Below are positions 51,671 to 64,000 of a stretch of 64,000 bases of DNA, piece by piece. Every line of letters starts with the position of its first letter. Position 1 is the first letter of the stretch. Source of the DNA: Callorhinchus milii. Lineage: Eukaryota. The position numbers and the translations under genes were made by a program. Below the pieces are notes generated by a model. It saw only the letters and a list, made by a program, of their open reading frames with translations. It searched no databases and had not been told where the DNA came from. The stretch spans positions 17,858,001 through 17,922,000 of the forward strand of contig NW_024704743.1 in NCBI RefSeq assembly GCF_018977255.1, read 5' to 3'.

Positions 51671-54164
51671 TCGTTTTTTAATCCTATTGATTGCTCTAGT
51701 TAGGACAAGTACGGGCAAGAGCCAAGAGCCCAGTGTGTGCTTTGGGGCACCTTCAAACTGAGAGACGACAATGCTACTAACTAAGCCAGGCTGACACATT
51801 ATAAAAATAGTTATTTTGCTTAAAAAAAGTCTATTCCTGGAAATCCATAGCCATAAGAGAAAATATTGGTGCTTCATTAGTGAAATAATCATTTTACCCA
51901 CCTGATTATGTTTATTTGTAAATTATTGTAATTTTCGAAACCAGTTCATATTTTCCAGTAACTGAGGACTAGATTCCTGCCCCTCAACTAATCTCTGAAA
52001 AGTTGTAAGTAAATGTAAAAAAAAACTAAGTGGTTACCTTAGTCAATTGGAACACCTTGATTACTGATCCGGCTGAGCTCCACTCACTCAGCGTAATCAA
52101 ACCTGGCACCTTTCGGATCTGTGTGCCTCAGTTTCACTCTGACCAATTGAGCCATGGAGAGAGTTGTATCTAACTCATTTAATCACTTCAGAGAGCATGC
52201 GTTCTGTGAAACACTTCACCAATCTCCAAAGATAATTGGTCAAAACTCCAGAATCTCAATTTGACCTTACAAACTACACTTTTCAATCCAACTGGTTGAA
52301 TGTTGCAGATGACATTTCCATGGTCCCAGCACACAAACCATTATTCTCCATGGAGTATTTGTTTATCGCAGTCTACACTTATCTCTGTAATCTTCAGTCC
52401 GGTTCTCAACAAGGTATTTATCCAGCTCATTTTAAAATGAGTTAAATGGCGTCACATTAATTGGCATTTGCTTTGCGTTTATTGGACTATTGAATCCAGA
52501 AAGTGGGATAAATTCTCATCTCTAGTCTTGTTGGAGACTTGCCAATTTTGTCATTGTGTCTTCTGTTTCTGTTATTCAACATCTAGTTAAATATCTTCCC
52601 TATACTGTAAATGTACATCAGGTTTTTCTCATAAATAGGGAGAAATAAGGTACATTATTAGAAATGATTCCTATAGTAAACGTTCTCAATATGGTTTCAC
52701 CAACAAGGTAAAAAGAGTTTGATTCAAATTATAAACAAAGTGGATTCTGGTAAATTATTGGGGTGATGGAAAGCAGAGCCTGGTATGGGTGAGGAGATGC
52801 GCAATGGAATTTTGAATCATTTGATCCTTGTTAATAGTGATGCTGCGGAGATCGGTGAAGAACCTAAACATCACTAGAGTTTAATCGAAATTCAATTCTT
52901 GACGTACCAAAAAGACAGATCTGAAGCTCCTTGACACCTGTCACAACAACAACAACAGCAAATTGTATTTATATAGCAATTATAGTGACTTTCTCACTAA
53001 AATGGCTCTAACAGGTCACTGGCTCCTCTTCTGTAGCTGTTGCTTTCTTTTGCCCCATTTTCGTTTTTTCTTGTTTTCATCTTTTTTTCTGGTGTCGGTC
53101 TGCTACATGTTCCCTGTCCCCCCATCCACTCCACAATTGGTGGCTGTGCTTTCAGCCACAATGTCTCAAATTTCTGGAACCGCTAGCCTCAATCCCTCCA
53201 TCTTACCCCTTTCACATCTGTCTACAAATCATGCATGAAGACTTTCCTCTGAGAACATGCCTTTGGTCACTTCTAGCTCAGCATCAAAGCACACCATTGT
53301 GGTTTGACGAGTTCCATTACTTTTTACTTATTCAGTTGATTAAGAAATGCATAGGATTTTTAGCTAATAATAATTTTAAAACTAAAGATAGCAGGGTTGG
53401 AAGTGAAAAACAATTCACACAGAAAAATGAGGGATGCATGGAATCCATTGTCTAAAAGGCTTTTATTCCGGGGATTTGGGAAAATAATAATAATAATAAT
53501 AAAGGTGGGGACATAGGATCAAAACATCTGTCATGATCTGATAGACTGATGGAACACATTTGATGGACCGAATTACTTCCTATTGTTCCTATTTTCCTCA
53601 ACTAAAACATTGGAAATCATTTGATCCCACAGAACAGTGAATATATGGAAGAGATTCCTAGCAAAACTGTTGAACTGGATTAACTAACTCCATCAAGAGA
53701 GCAGGATCAATATCTGTTTTGGATGGGATTGAAGGAAGACATTGGAATAACATCACACAAAGAATATCAATTTCTCCATGAAACACACTGGTTCTTACTG
53801 TTGAGACCAAGGAAATGTTAACTGTGGACACTAATTGGTTGGATTGGATAAGGGATGGAACAATGGATCGATATATCAGAATTTCTCAATTACTTTTGGA
53901 TGTCAGGGAAAAATCTGTAGAACTTTCCCTTAGGAATTGAAATGAGTGAGGGAATGTTTGTAACCAGACAGATTGTATGTCAAATGATCATTTTTCTTTC
54001 CGTGCACTTTTATGTTCTTACATCCATCTGATCTTTAACCAAGGTTGACTAACCCATTAATTGGTTCCTCATCTTTACCAAGTGTGTATTTAAAGATTAG
54101 TCTTGTTTGATTGGAGTTAAAATAATAGCTTTAGGCAAATAAAAGGTTGATTTAGACACATTTC

Positions 54165-54467
54165 GTGGTTAGAGCACTCGCTTTGCAAGCAAGATACCTG
54201 AGTTCAATTCCAGGCAGGGCGAAATCTTGGGCAAGTTTCCTTACTCCACACGCCTAATAATAATCCCTCCAAAACCAAAAACAATAATAAATTGGTCATT
54301 TTCAATCTACGACTGTTTGTGGGACATTGCTGTGCGCAATTGGCTGCCGCGTTCACCCACAAATATATAGCCAATTCACTTTACAGTATATTCCGTGAAG
54401 CGCTTTGGGGCGTCTAGAAGACGTGAAAAGCGCTATATCAAATGCAAGGATTATTATTATTATTATT
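54165..54467 (+). mobile_element. tRNA-headed SINE (short subfamily)
   Basis: Collinear with the reverse complement of 30056-30380. Confidence 0.9.
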
Positions 54468-57400
54468 AAATAGGCAGCTTTTCAAAACTTTTTGTAAAAC
54501 TTCTCCATTGGATGGGATTCACTGCTGAGGAGGTCCACATGCTGGCAGAATTATTCCAACCACTGTGCCTCAGCAAAGTATTAAAGTAACACCTTCGAAA
54601 GGCCACAAGGGAACTGTAAGTAAATGTCAATTAAGATTAGACTTGTTATAGTAACCCATTCCACTGCTAAAAATGACATTTCTGGTCCTAGACCACCAAA
54701 AGTGCCAGATGGTGTGTATTATAGTGAACATACTTTTGACAGCAGTGTTGCTGACTAAATTAAATAAAGGAATTAAAAATATATTGTAGGTTTTTCCAAG
54801 ACATAGCAAATCCTCCCAGAAGGTTTATACTTTCTGGTGTGGGATGGAACAAAAGATTTGTTTTTGACAAAGTAACACAAGATTTTTTTTGTAATTCGTT
54901 TAAACATTGCATTGTGCAGTGTGTAAAAAAGAGCCAAAGTTATAATAATAATCCTAGCATTTGATGTAGTGCCTAATCATGTTGTGGAGACGTCTCAAAG
55001 TGCTTCACAGGATATACTGTAAAGTGGATTGACTGTGTATTTTGTGGGTGAAACGCGGCAGCCAATTACGCACAGGAATTAGAGCGAGTGACCAATTTTT
55101 TTTCTTATTTTGGGGAATTGTTGGCCAGGACACCAGGAGAAACTCCCTTCTCTTTGCAAATAGTGCCATGGGATCTTTAACGTCCACCTGAACAGGCAGA
55201 TGAGACTTCAGTTTGATGTATCAACCAAACAAACGATATACTCTATATTTGATTATAGTGCCTCTGAACACTGGAAACGTTCTGAAACAGCCCTGTCTGC
55301 AATATCCCCTTTGTGTTACTAGTCTCCATTTAGTAACCTGTCGTCCCAATTAGATTTAGTTCCTGTGCTAACCTGCGCTGAAAAGTTTAACAAAGCAAGG
55401 ATTTGTGCCCTTAATGGAATATCCTATGCTTCTTAGAGAGATTTAATGCACTTCGGGGATTTTTTAATTAAAAAATATAACCCCCATTAAGAAGATTATT
55501 TTTAATTTGTATTTTAATTGCTGGTGTTCAATGTTACAAGATTTTGCTAGCTTTGCGCATGTTCCTCTGTGAAAGACATCATGGAAAGCAAGTGGCAATT
55601 TTCTGTGTTTTTTTTAACACCAATTAAAAAATTCAAGAGCACTGGAGATGAATAAAAGTACAAGATAAATCTGGGAGGAGAGACTGGAGTGGAAGGCAGC
55701 GATTCTTGATATTGAATATTATTGAACAGTCCAACATTAACGCACAATAAATCACGTTGAAAGGTGAAATGGATATTTGTTTTCTTTTTATCAAGGACAG
55801 ACAGGGCATACTGTCTTCTGCGCAAAAAGAAACAAACCCTTTGTCCTCCCTCTCTTTAATGCAACTTCCCTTTCACCTAATGTGTCTCACCAACTTTATC
55901 TGGATTGAGCAATATTTTCTTTATCATTATCCTAGCTAATTTATTTTGACTACGAGTGTTTATAGAAAGTGGAGGGTTATTTTTCTTTGATGATGAGTGT
56001 ATGTGTCATATTTAATAGTAATCCTTGCATTTGATATAGCGTGTTATTACACTGTCAAGACTTCTCAAAGCACTTCATACGGTTCGGTAGGGACTTGGTA
56101 TTGTCTTGGGACTTGGTGCCACACACAACAATCAACCCAACACTCAAGCTAAATGATTAATCTGAGCCTTTATTTTCTCTTTTATTCCCTAGGTCTTTAT
56201 ACATCAAATCTTGCAATTCATGGGGTCAAAACTGCTTTCTAGTAAAGCAAAAGATTTCTATTTCTAGGAAATGATTATGACAGTAATAATAATCCTTGTA
56301 TCTGGTCTGGTGACTTTCATGTCAGGTGGTCTCAAAGTGCCCCCCAATTTTACTATGAAGAGGAGTAACTGTGCCTATTGTAGGCAAACACAGCAGCCCA
56401 ATTTTTCACAGCAATATCCCACAAACAGCTTTGGAGTGAGTGACCAATTTTTACTTTGGGGATTGTTCACCAGGACACCAGGGGAATCTCTCTTCTCTTT
56501 TAGAATAATGTCATGGAATCTTCGACATCCACCTAGCAGACCAAACCTTGATTTTAAGTCTTGTCTGAAGGACAGCACCTGCGACAATATAACATCCCCA
56601 TTCTGCTAGCTTAGGTGATGTGAGCTTACGTCTCGATTGAAACATCAATAATGCTCAATACCAAGAATAGCTGCTTTCCGCTCCAGTCTCTCCTTCCAGA
56701 TTTATCGTGCACTTCCAATTTCCTTACCCCACCCCCTCTCATCCAATGAGTCCATGCAATTATCACTACATCTCTAATATTGGTCACAAAGAGATAATCG
56801 ATCCATTTTTGTGGGAATAAATTAACGCAGTATTAAAAGCAGTTCTGCACTCAGTAAGAGACAAAGAAAAACAATGTATAAATCGGATTTCTGTGGCAGT
56901 CTACAAATGATCTTCTGAGATAGACAGTTCCTGCTCTTTGCAGCAATTAACAGCTGACCAGGGATTCCTAACACATCAGGAAGCAGGAGCGAAACATTTC
57001 AACATGACATTGGAGGCCCAGAGAACCAGCAGATTGTAATATGATAATGTTTGGTGGATTTAGTTGCACAAAATATTAATCCATGTGACAGAGGTTATTT
57101 ATTAGGAAGAATCATTTCCAACTTGATCTCTAAATTCTTATTTTCCGAGCTCATGTATTGGCCATGTAAGAACATAATAATGACCTCTTGCCCACATGCA
57201 TTTATTTCATCTTTAGCACAACAAGGACCACTTCAGTTGTATGATGGCCAGATATTCCTGGTGCACTATCACTGCTGATACACACTCAACCTCATTCATT
57301 ATTGCTCAAGTACATATGTTGCAAGACTCTGAAAACAAAATAAAAGGTGTTTTTAGCCATTACAATTTGGATATTGTTTTGTCCCTATTTATTTTCATTC

Positions 57401-58047
57401 AGAAGTTCTAATTTTTTTTTTAGTAATGATCAACACAATTCTGCCCAAAACCTAGAGCATGAAATTTTGATCAAATGACTGTGAACATAGGAGGAATTTA
57501 ACCCTATTAACAAATAAAAGAAATATCAAAAATTGTATAAGAGTTCTCACTAGCACTGAGAAGTTCAACCTGAAATATTAAAAAAAACTTTCCTGAGAGC
57601 TGAATATGTCCACTATTCACTTTTCCATCAAATGGGATTTGAGTTCTCACACCTCAAATGATTAGAACTTTGGTTTAGTGCCTTAGGCAGTCATCTATAA
57701 TGTTAGAGAACCCACCCCCCCACCTCCCCTCCCGTTATATTGATAGTGACATTGAAGCTTGTTTCTATTGATGACTGACTTTAACACTGGCAGTTTCTTC
57801 ATTAACAAATGGCCCCTAAATAGAATCCATTTTGAGAATTTTAGGAGAGCAACAAACCTTTGTGAAAGGTAAGTCCTTCCCAGGATCCTTCTTAAAAGGA
57901 TCTGTGTTTTAAGCACTCCGAGATGCCGCCCAGCGTGAAGGGGGCAAAATAAATGCAAGTTGATGTTTGAAGTCTTTTTTGTGTAACATGCAATGAAGCA
58001 CTCGACTGCTGGATCAAACTGTATACCGTATTGAGATATTTATTCAG

Positions 58048-58495
58048 TGTGTCAATCTGACTCAGTTGGCGTGTTGGTAGCATGCTCGCACTCTCACCAC
58101 TGAGTCAGAAGGTTGTGGATTCAAGCCCATGTTGGGACTTGGAACTCACATAGTCTAAGAAGACACTCCAATGCAATGCTAGGTGTGTGCTGCATTGTCA
58201 GATGCCTTCCTTTAGATACTATGTTAAAACCCAGACTGTCTGTTCAGGTAGACGCTAAAGATCTCGTGGCACTACTTAAAAGAGAAGGGAATTGCTCCTG
58301 GTGTCCAGGCCAACAATGCTCCAAATAAAATTGATCACTCACTCCATGGCTGTGGGACATTGCTGTGTACAAACAGCTGCTGCAGTTACCCACAAGTTAC
58401 ACTATTATATATATTATATATTATATTCTGTGAAGCACTTTGGAACATTCTACTGATGTCAAAGGTGTTATACCAAAAGCAAGGATTATTATTAC
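58048..58495 (+). mobile_element. Deu-like SINE, near full length
   Basis: tRNA-like head, Deu-like core and decayed L2-type tail. Confidence 0.75.
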
Positions 58496-60102
58496 TTCGG
58501 GGAGAAGGGAGTGAGTGAGGAAAAAATGTCTGGACATTATTACTCCAGTTGAATCACAGCTCCACTAATGATATTATTTGTGGTTAAGAAGATGTCCTTT
58601 GATGCCCCCTTATTGCAACTAAGATCAGCTCCTTGCAGAAGAACAAAAGAAATCATAGAAGAAAGGAACTTGAATTGACAAAAAACGAAATGACAAAGTT
58701 TATTCAGCAAAGAGTTCAAATCCCAAGAGACAAATTTAAAAATGAGAAGGTAGAAATAAGAAGTCAAACAGAACTTTTTAATAATAAGTTATCAACTTTT
58801 GCTGATAAAAGTTACCATGGAAGGCCATTGAAACAGTCAGTATGAATGAGTTTAAGAGGCAATTTTGTTTTGGTCAGTCAAGTATCTGACACACCCGACT
58901 AATCAAACAACCACTTCTGAAGAGTGAGGGGATAGATTGAGAATCAAAAAGGAACAGGCTTGTTGGGGCTAATGGCTTTTGCCTATTTCTGTGAATTGTT
59001 TTAGATAACATTTGAAAAAATTGGTTGAAGTGAGATATGTTTTAACATTTGACAAATCAAATGTATTGGAAATCTCAGTGCCAAGTTCTGCTAACAAGCT
59101 ATGTTAACTTCTGCTCAATATTGGACTAAAATGTACAAACAATTTTTAAAAATCTTTATGAAAGAGCATCACTTTCATGGTCTCTTTAGTTACAGACTAT
59201 AAAGCAGATATGGCACATTATTGATTGCTCAATGAAGCATCTCAGCATTACAAACTAAAATATTGGTTCCTGTTTTCTGGGAGCCATTTTATTGAATCCC
59301 ATGGATTAGTTAGCCTGCAGGAAAGATTAACAATTCAGAATCAAAATCTTCCTTTGCTTCTTTTTTATTCTATGAAAAAAGAATTGGATATCTGGGGAAA
59401 ACATTGCTTTGCATACTGCATATGCATTCACAGTATGAATAATGTCACTTATGAATGCAAGTGAATAATTATTGTATAATTCAACCAGAAACACTAGAAA
59501 TTGCATTTCCAAAAATGGTGTTAATGCACTTTGAAGTCATATGCAATAAAATCTTCTTTAATCAAATGAGGTTAAATAAGAAGATAGACGATCCTCTCAA
59601 TGCATAGTTTCTCAATCATAGAATCATAACATCTTTCAGCACATAAATATCATTTAGTCCATGAGATATTTGTTATATATATTAAGAATTATTATTCTGC
59701 TTGAACCACGGTTTTTGGCAGGTCATTCCATCTCTTAATAACCCACCCACATAAACAAATGTCTCTTATCTTCCTCTTTTTTCGGTGTTGGTAATGATTT
59801 TAAATTGATGACCTTCAGTTACCGACTCTGATCAAGATCTAGAAATATCTTCTTCCTGTTTCCATCATTGGAACACCTTATCATTTTGAACACCTTTATC
59901 TGGACCCTCACAACCTTCCTTGTCTCCAATACGACTTCATTAATGTTTAATATTACATGTTTATAAAGGATTGTCCCTTTTTTAACTACAGCATTATCTT
60001 TTGTTAACTATTCCAAAATTTCAAAGCCATCAACTGCACATGTATTAGTTAATCATTTTTTTGACAAAAGGACAAATCAATTTTCTTATGTTATATTATT
60101 GT

Positions 60103-60372
60103 TGGTCAGATGGGTGTCTGACACATGCAGAAATCCATCACCATGCTAAGGGTATCCAAACCAAGCTGAGATTTCCATGCATCCCACCTACACATTGAAA
60201 TCCCAGAGATAGATTGTTGGAACGGAATGGGCACTCTCTCCCTGGAGGGACATATCTTGATTACCTAATTCCGGAAATATTAGGTGCAGGTTGGCAAGAG
60301 CTGAGGCTTGGGGATCCCAGAATGTGTGATTGAATCCTGCTGGAATCTAACCAGTTAAAATTACATAGCTTG
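60103..60372 (+). repeat. Unclassified interspersed repeat (3 copies in window)
   Basis: Collinear with 33061-33352 and with about 49998-50123 plus 51698-51730. Confidence 0.75.
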
Positions 60373-60712
60373 CAATTATGTTGGTTAACTAAGAACAACC
60401 ATTTTGGGGAATAATGGAGACTAATTGTTTAATCAGTTGTCCAATGAAAAGTCTGTAAGGAGTGCAAAAGCATGCTAACAAGTTATCTCTCCAGGGACTT
60501 TAGTTTTGATTTTTAAATTTAAAGTGAGCAGGGCAGCACATCACAATGGAAGTAAGTACATTATTACATTTAGATCGCTTTAAACTAGATAGAAAGCTTT
60601 GCCAATGGATGATCTAATACAGTTGATCCATATAAGAAGAAACCTTTGTGGCTGCAGGAATGTGTGTCATGTTCACCCCTTCCATTAATACTATAAAATA
60701 TATCCAAAATAT

Positions 60713-60850
60713 GGAGTCCTGTAGCATATTGGATAGAGCACTCGCCTCGCAAGTGAGAGGCCCTGGGTTCGATTCCCGGGCAGGGCGAAACATTAGACAA
60801 GTTTCCTTACTCCACACACTTCTGTTTACCAAACAGTAAGTAGGAATACT
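60713..60850 (+). mobile_element. tRNA-derived SINE head, 3' truncated
   Basis: ggagtcctgtagc...gggttcgattccc head followed by the SINE body start. Confidence 0.8.
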
Positions 60851-61004
60851 GGAGTGTTAACCTTTACAGTGAGTTCAAAGTGCTGATGTAGATGGAGCTT
60901 GAACCCACAGCCTCCTGGCTCAGTGGTGAATGTTTACCAACTGAGCCACGCTGACACTTTCAGTTCAATAAAAAGAGAAAATGCTGGAAATGGACAGCAA
61001 CATC

Positions 61005-61200
61005 TGAAAGAACATAGGAACAGGAACAGGCCATCCAGCCCCTCAAACATGTTCCACCATTCTATAAGATCATGGTTGATCTGCACCTCAATCCCGCCTT
61101 TGCCCCATATCCTTTGATGCCCTTATCTAATAAATATGTATCTACCTCAGTCTTGAAAATTTGAATGGATCCAGCATCCACAGCTTTTTGGGGGAGAGAA
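61005..61200 (-). mobile_element. CR1 LINE 3' fragment
   Basis: Similar to 50130-50330. Confidence 0.75.
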
Positions 61201-61917
61201 AAAGATAGGTTAAGATTTCAGGCATCGATGCATAACCCTCCATTGTCAGAACTGGGTTGCGTGGACTGACTGGGAATTCAAACTCTGATCTTTCCATTCC
61301 AATGTCCTGGTGCTCAACCAATTTAGCTATCCAGGCTGTCTACAACATACACAAGAGCATCAGCAAGCACAGACATTCAGACAGCTAAATCATCTCGAGG
61401 TATATATATTCTATTTTCTTTATAATCTATAAAAATGATACATACCTAGAAGATAAAGGCAGAAACAACCAGGGCTCTAAAAATAAGTGTATGGGTAGCC
61501 TCACAATTTAATTTGAACCCATCAATTGTGCTGCTGTCATGTCACTCTCTCCTTGGTATTCATTAATCTCCGCATGTGTGCTGCAAAAACTTTTGACTAT
61601 AATGCCAAATGCAACAAGTTTAAATAATTAGGATAACAGAAAATGAATAGTAATCCCTGTTTTTGATATAGTATTTATAACGTCTCAAAGTTTCTGTAAA
61701 TTTAAGTGATTTGTAGGCAAATATACCAACTAATTTACGCATCACCTTATCCCAAACAACTATTAAATCAATGATTAATTTTATCTAGAGGATTATTGGC
61801 CAGGACACCAGGAGGAACGCCTTTTTGTTTTTGAATAGTGCCATGGGATTTTTAAAGTCTACCTGAAAAGGCAGATGGGACCTCAGTTTAACATTTTATT
61901 TCAAGACTGACACTACC

Positions 61918-62584
61918 TTACCCCTCACGCTGCTGAAACTCTGGTCCACGCCTTTATCACCTCAAGGCTGGACTATGGGAACTCTCTCCTCGCCGGCCTT
62001 CCCGCCACCTCCCTCCACAAACTGCAGGTCATTCAGAACTCTGCAGCTCGTGTACTGTCCCGCACCAGGCTTCGGGACCACATCACTCCCACCCTCGCTC
62101 GCCTCCACTGGCTCCCCATCCCCCAGAGAATCAAATTCAAGATCCTCACCCTCACCTACAAGGCCATTCACGGCCTTGCTCCCTCCTACCTCTCCGACCT
62201 ACTATCCCCCTACCTACCTGCCCGTACCCTCCGTTCCTCTGGCTCCGGTCTGCTCCACATCCCCTGCCCCAACCGCCCTACTATCGGTGGCTGGGCCTTC
62301 AGCCTCTCAGCCCCTAGGCTCTTGAACTCTATCCCCCAGTGCCTTCACCTTGCATCTTGCCTTTCCTCCTTCAAGGCCGGTCTCAAGACCTTTCTCTTTG
62401 ACCGTGCCTTCAGCTCCTCTCTCGACTCTCTAGCCCCTCCTCGCTCCCTCCCTTCCCTCCCCTCACCCTGACCATTTCCCCCCAATGCTCGGGTCCTGAC
62501 CCAACTGTACAGCGCCTTGGGACGTCCTCCCGACGTGAAAGCTGCTCAATAAGTGGAATCTTGTTGTTGTTGTGTTGTTGTTGT
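61918..62584 (+). mobile_element. L2 LINE 3' fragment inserted into a Deu-type SINE
   Basis: AAETLVHAFITSRLDYGNSLLAGLP remnant and (ttg)n tail. Confidence 0.9.
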
Positions 62585-64000
62585 TCTGACATTGCAGTGC
62601 TTCACCAGCACTGCACTGGACTGTCAGCCTGGACTATGAGTTCAAAGTCCTACATGGGTCTTGAGCACATTGTCTTCTGACCAAACATGGCAGCGCTACC
62701 AAGTGAACCAGGCGGACACCTCGGAGCTTAGATTTGGTAAATATTTTCATTGCTGCTCAAAAAGATAAACAAGCTGATAATTTGCTCTTTCCACTGAAAA
62801 TGCTATGTTACAAAAATAACAAACCAACCCCTCTTATGTACTACATTGCACTTGTCATGTTCCCCTCCTGCATTTGAAGATCATCAAAAGATGAGATGGT
62901 ACCATTTTCTCTGCACTCTTTCACTCAGGCTATATTGCCTGATCTTATTCCTGTCCATTCTTCTTCCCAATTCCTTCTGGTCACACTCCTACAATTTGCT
63001 GTGTCTATTCTTCTTCCTGATCTCTTCTTCCAATTGTTCCTCCACTGGAATTCTCTTTCTATCTGTGGATTCTTCCTCCCAATCTATCTCCGACTCTCCA
63101 TTCCAATCGGTTATTCTAGCTCACTCATCTCATGTTGGTTAATCTCCCTATCTGCTCATACTTCCTGCTGATCTGTCTTTTTAACTACCCTCCCAATTTA
63201 TCTCTCAACTCTCTGCTCCCTCTTCCAGCTAGTCTTTCCATATGCTGGTTCTTCCTCTCAATCTATCTTTCCAGCTCATTGCTTTCCATACTCGGCTGTT
63301 TTTCAGTCTTCTCATTCTCCCTTGTGGCTTAATTTTCCATCTGCCTCCTCATGTTCCATTTCTTTGCAGCTTGGTGCTCTGTTTACCAGCCTGTCTTTCC
63401 AGCTGAATTCTCATTCCTAGACTGTCTCTCCAGTTTACCAGTTTCTTTCTCTCTTTGCCACTCTACTTCATGATCTTTATCTCTACCTCCTTCCTTTCCT
63501 TCATTGGCTCTCTTTAGCTCTTCACTCTTCCCAGATATACACATTTTCACTGCAACAGTCAGAGGCTGTTAAGTTAAAACATGTTATGCTTGAATTACTG
63601 TGGTTACGTTAAATGTAACTGGGGTCACTGAAGCCAAATATTCTTCATGAAAAGTGCTAGCTCTGCAATTGAAAAATGTATATACAGTATATGATGAGTT
63701 TTAGCAGCTCATAGCTTAACCATTATGTAAGATGTACCACTTTCCAGCTTGCCCTATGTTAAATACTTATTATATTGTCCAATTCCTCTTTAGCAAGCAC
63801 TCCTAAGCAACTAAATTGCAACAAGCATGCTTCACATTGTCTGACATAAAATTACCTTAGGTATTGCAATAGCGCCCTAGAGTGAGCCTTTCCATGACTG
63901 AGCAGGGATTTCACATACTAAAACTAGAAACTTTGAATGAACAATCAATATTCAATACCCAATTCCTATTACTCCTCCCCTTATCACTGGATTTTTTTTC

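Noticed and set aside
58633..58845. Lys/Glu-rich 70-aa ORF after a possible cag acceptor
   Set aside because: No recognisable homology or partner exons; it looks more like a decayed CR1-type 3' region.

Overview
Repeat-rich vertebrate genomic DNA, most likely from a cartilaginous fish (probably a chimaera/holocephalan). This is inferred from its L2/CR1 LINEs, tRNA-headed L2-tailed SINEs and Deu-domain SINEs. Two spliced genes can be rebuilt by hand. (1) STEAP1 on the minus strand has 4 coding exons (24557-24471, 15929-15438, 13638-13474, 12078-11803), encodes 339 aa and has no N-terminal oxidoreductase domain; a probable non-coding first exon lies near 28.3-28.4 kb. (2) A divergently transcribed 5-exon gene on the plus strand (36715-43756) is largely invisible in the ORF track. 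It encodes a 169-aa protein with a signal peptide, 8 Cys and a DUF1499-like motif pattern, and its function is unknown. Each gene start is directly preceded by a different GC-rich minisatellite. Both arrays amplify the same TGATTGACAG (PBX-PREP/MEIS) decamer plus a GC box, oriented with their own gene. The rest is mostly retroelement and hAT relics and large TG-rich simple repeats. Repeat boundaries are approximate.
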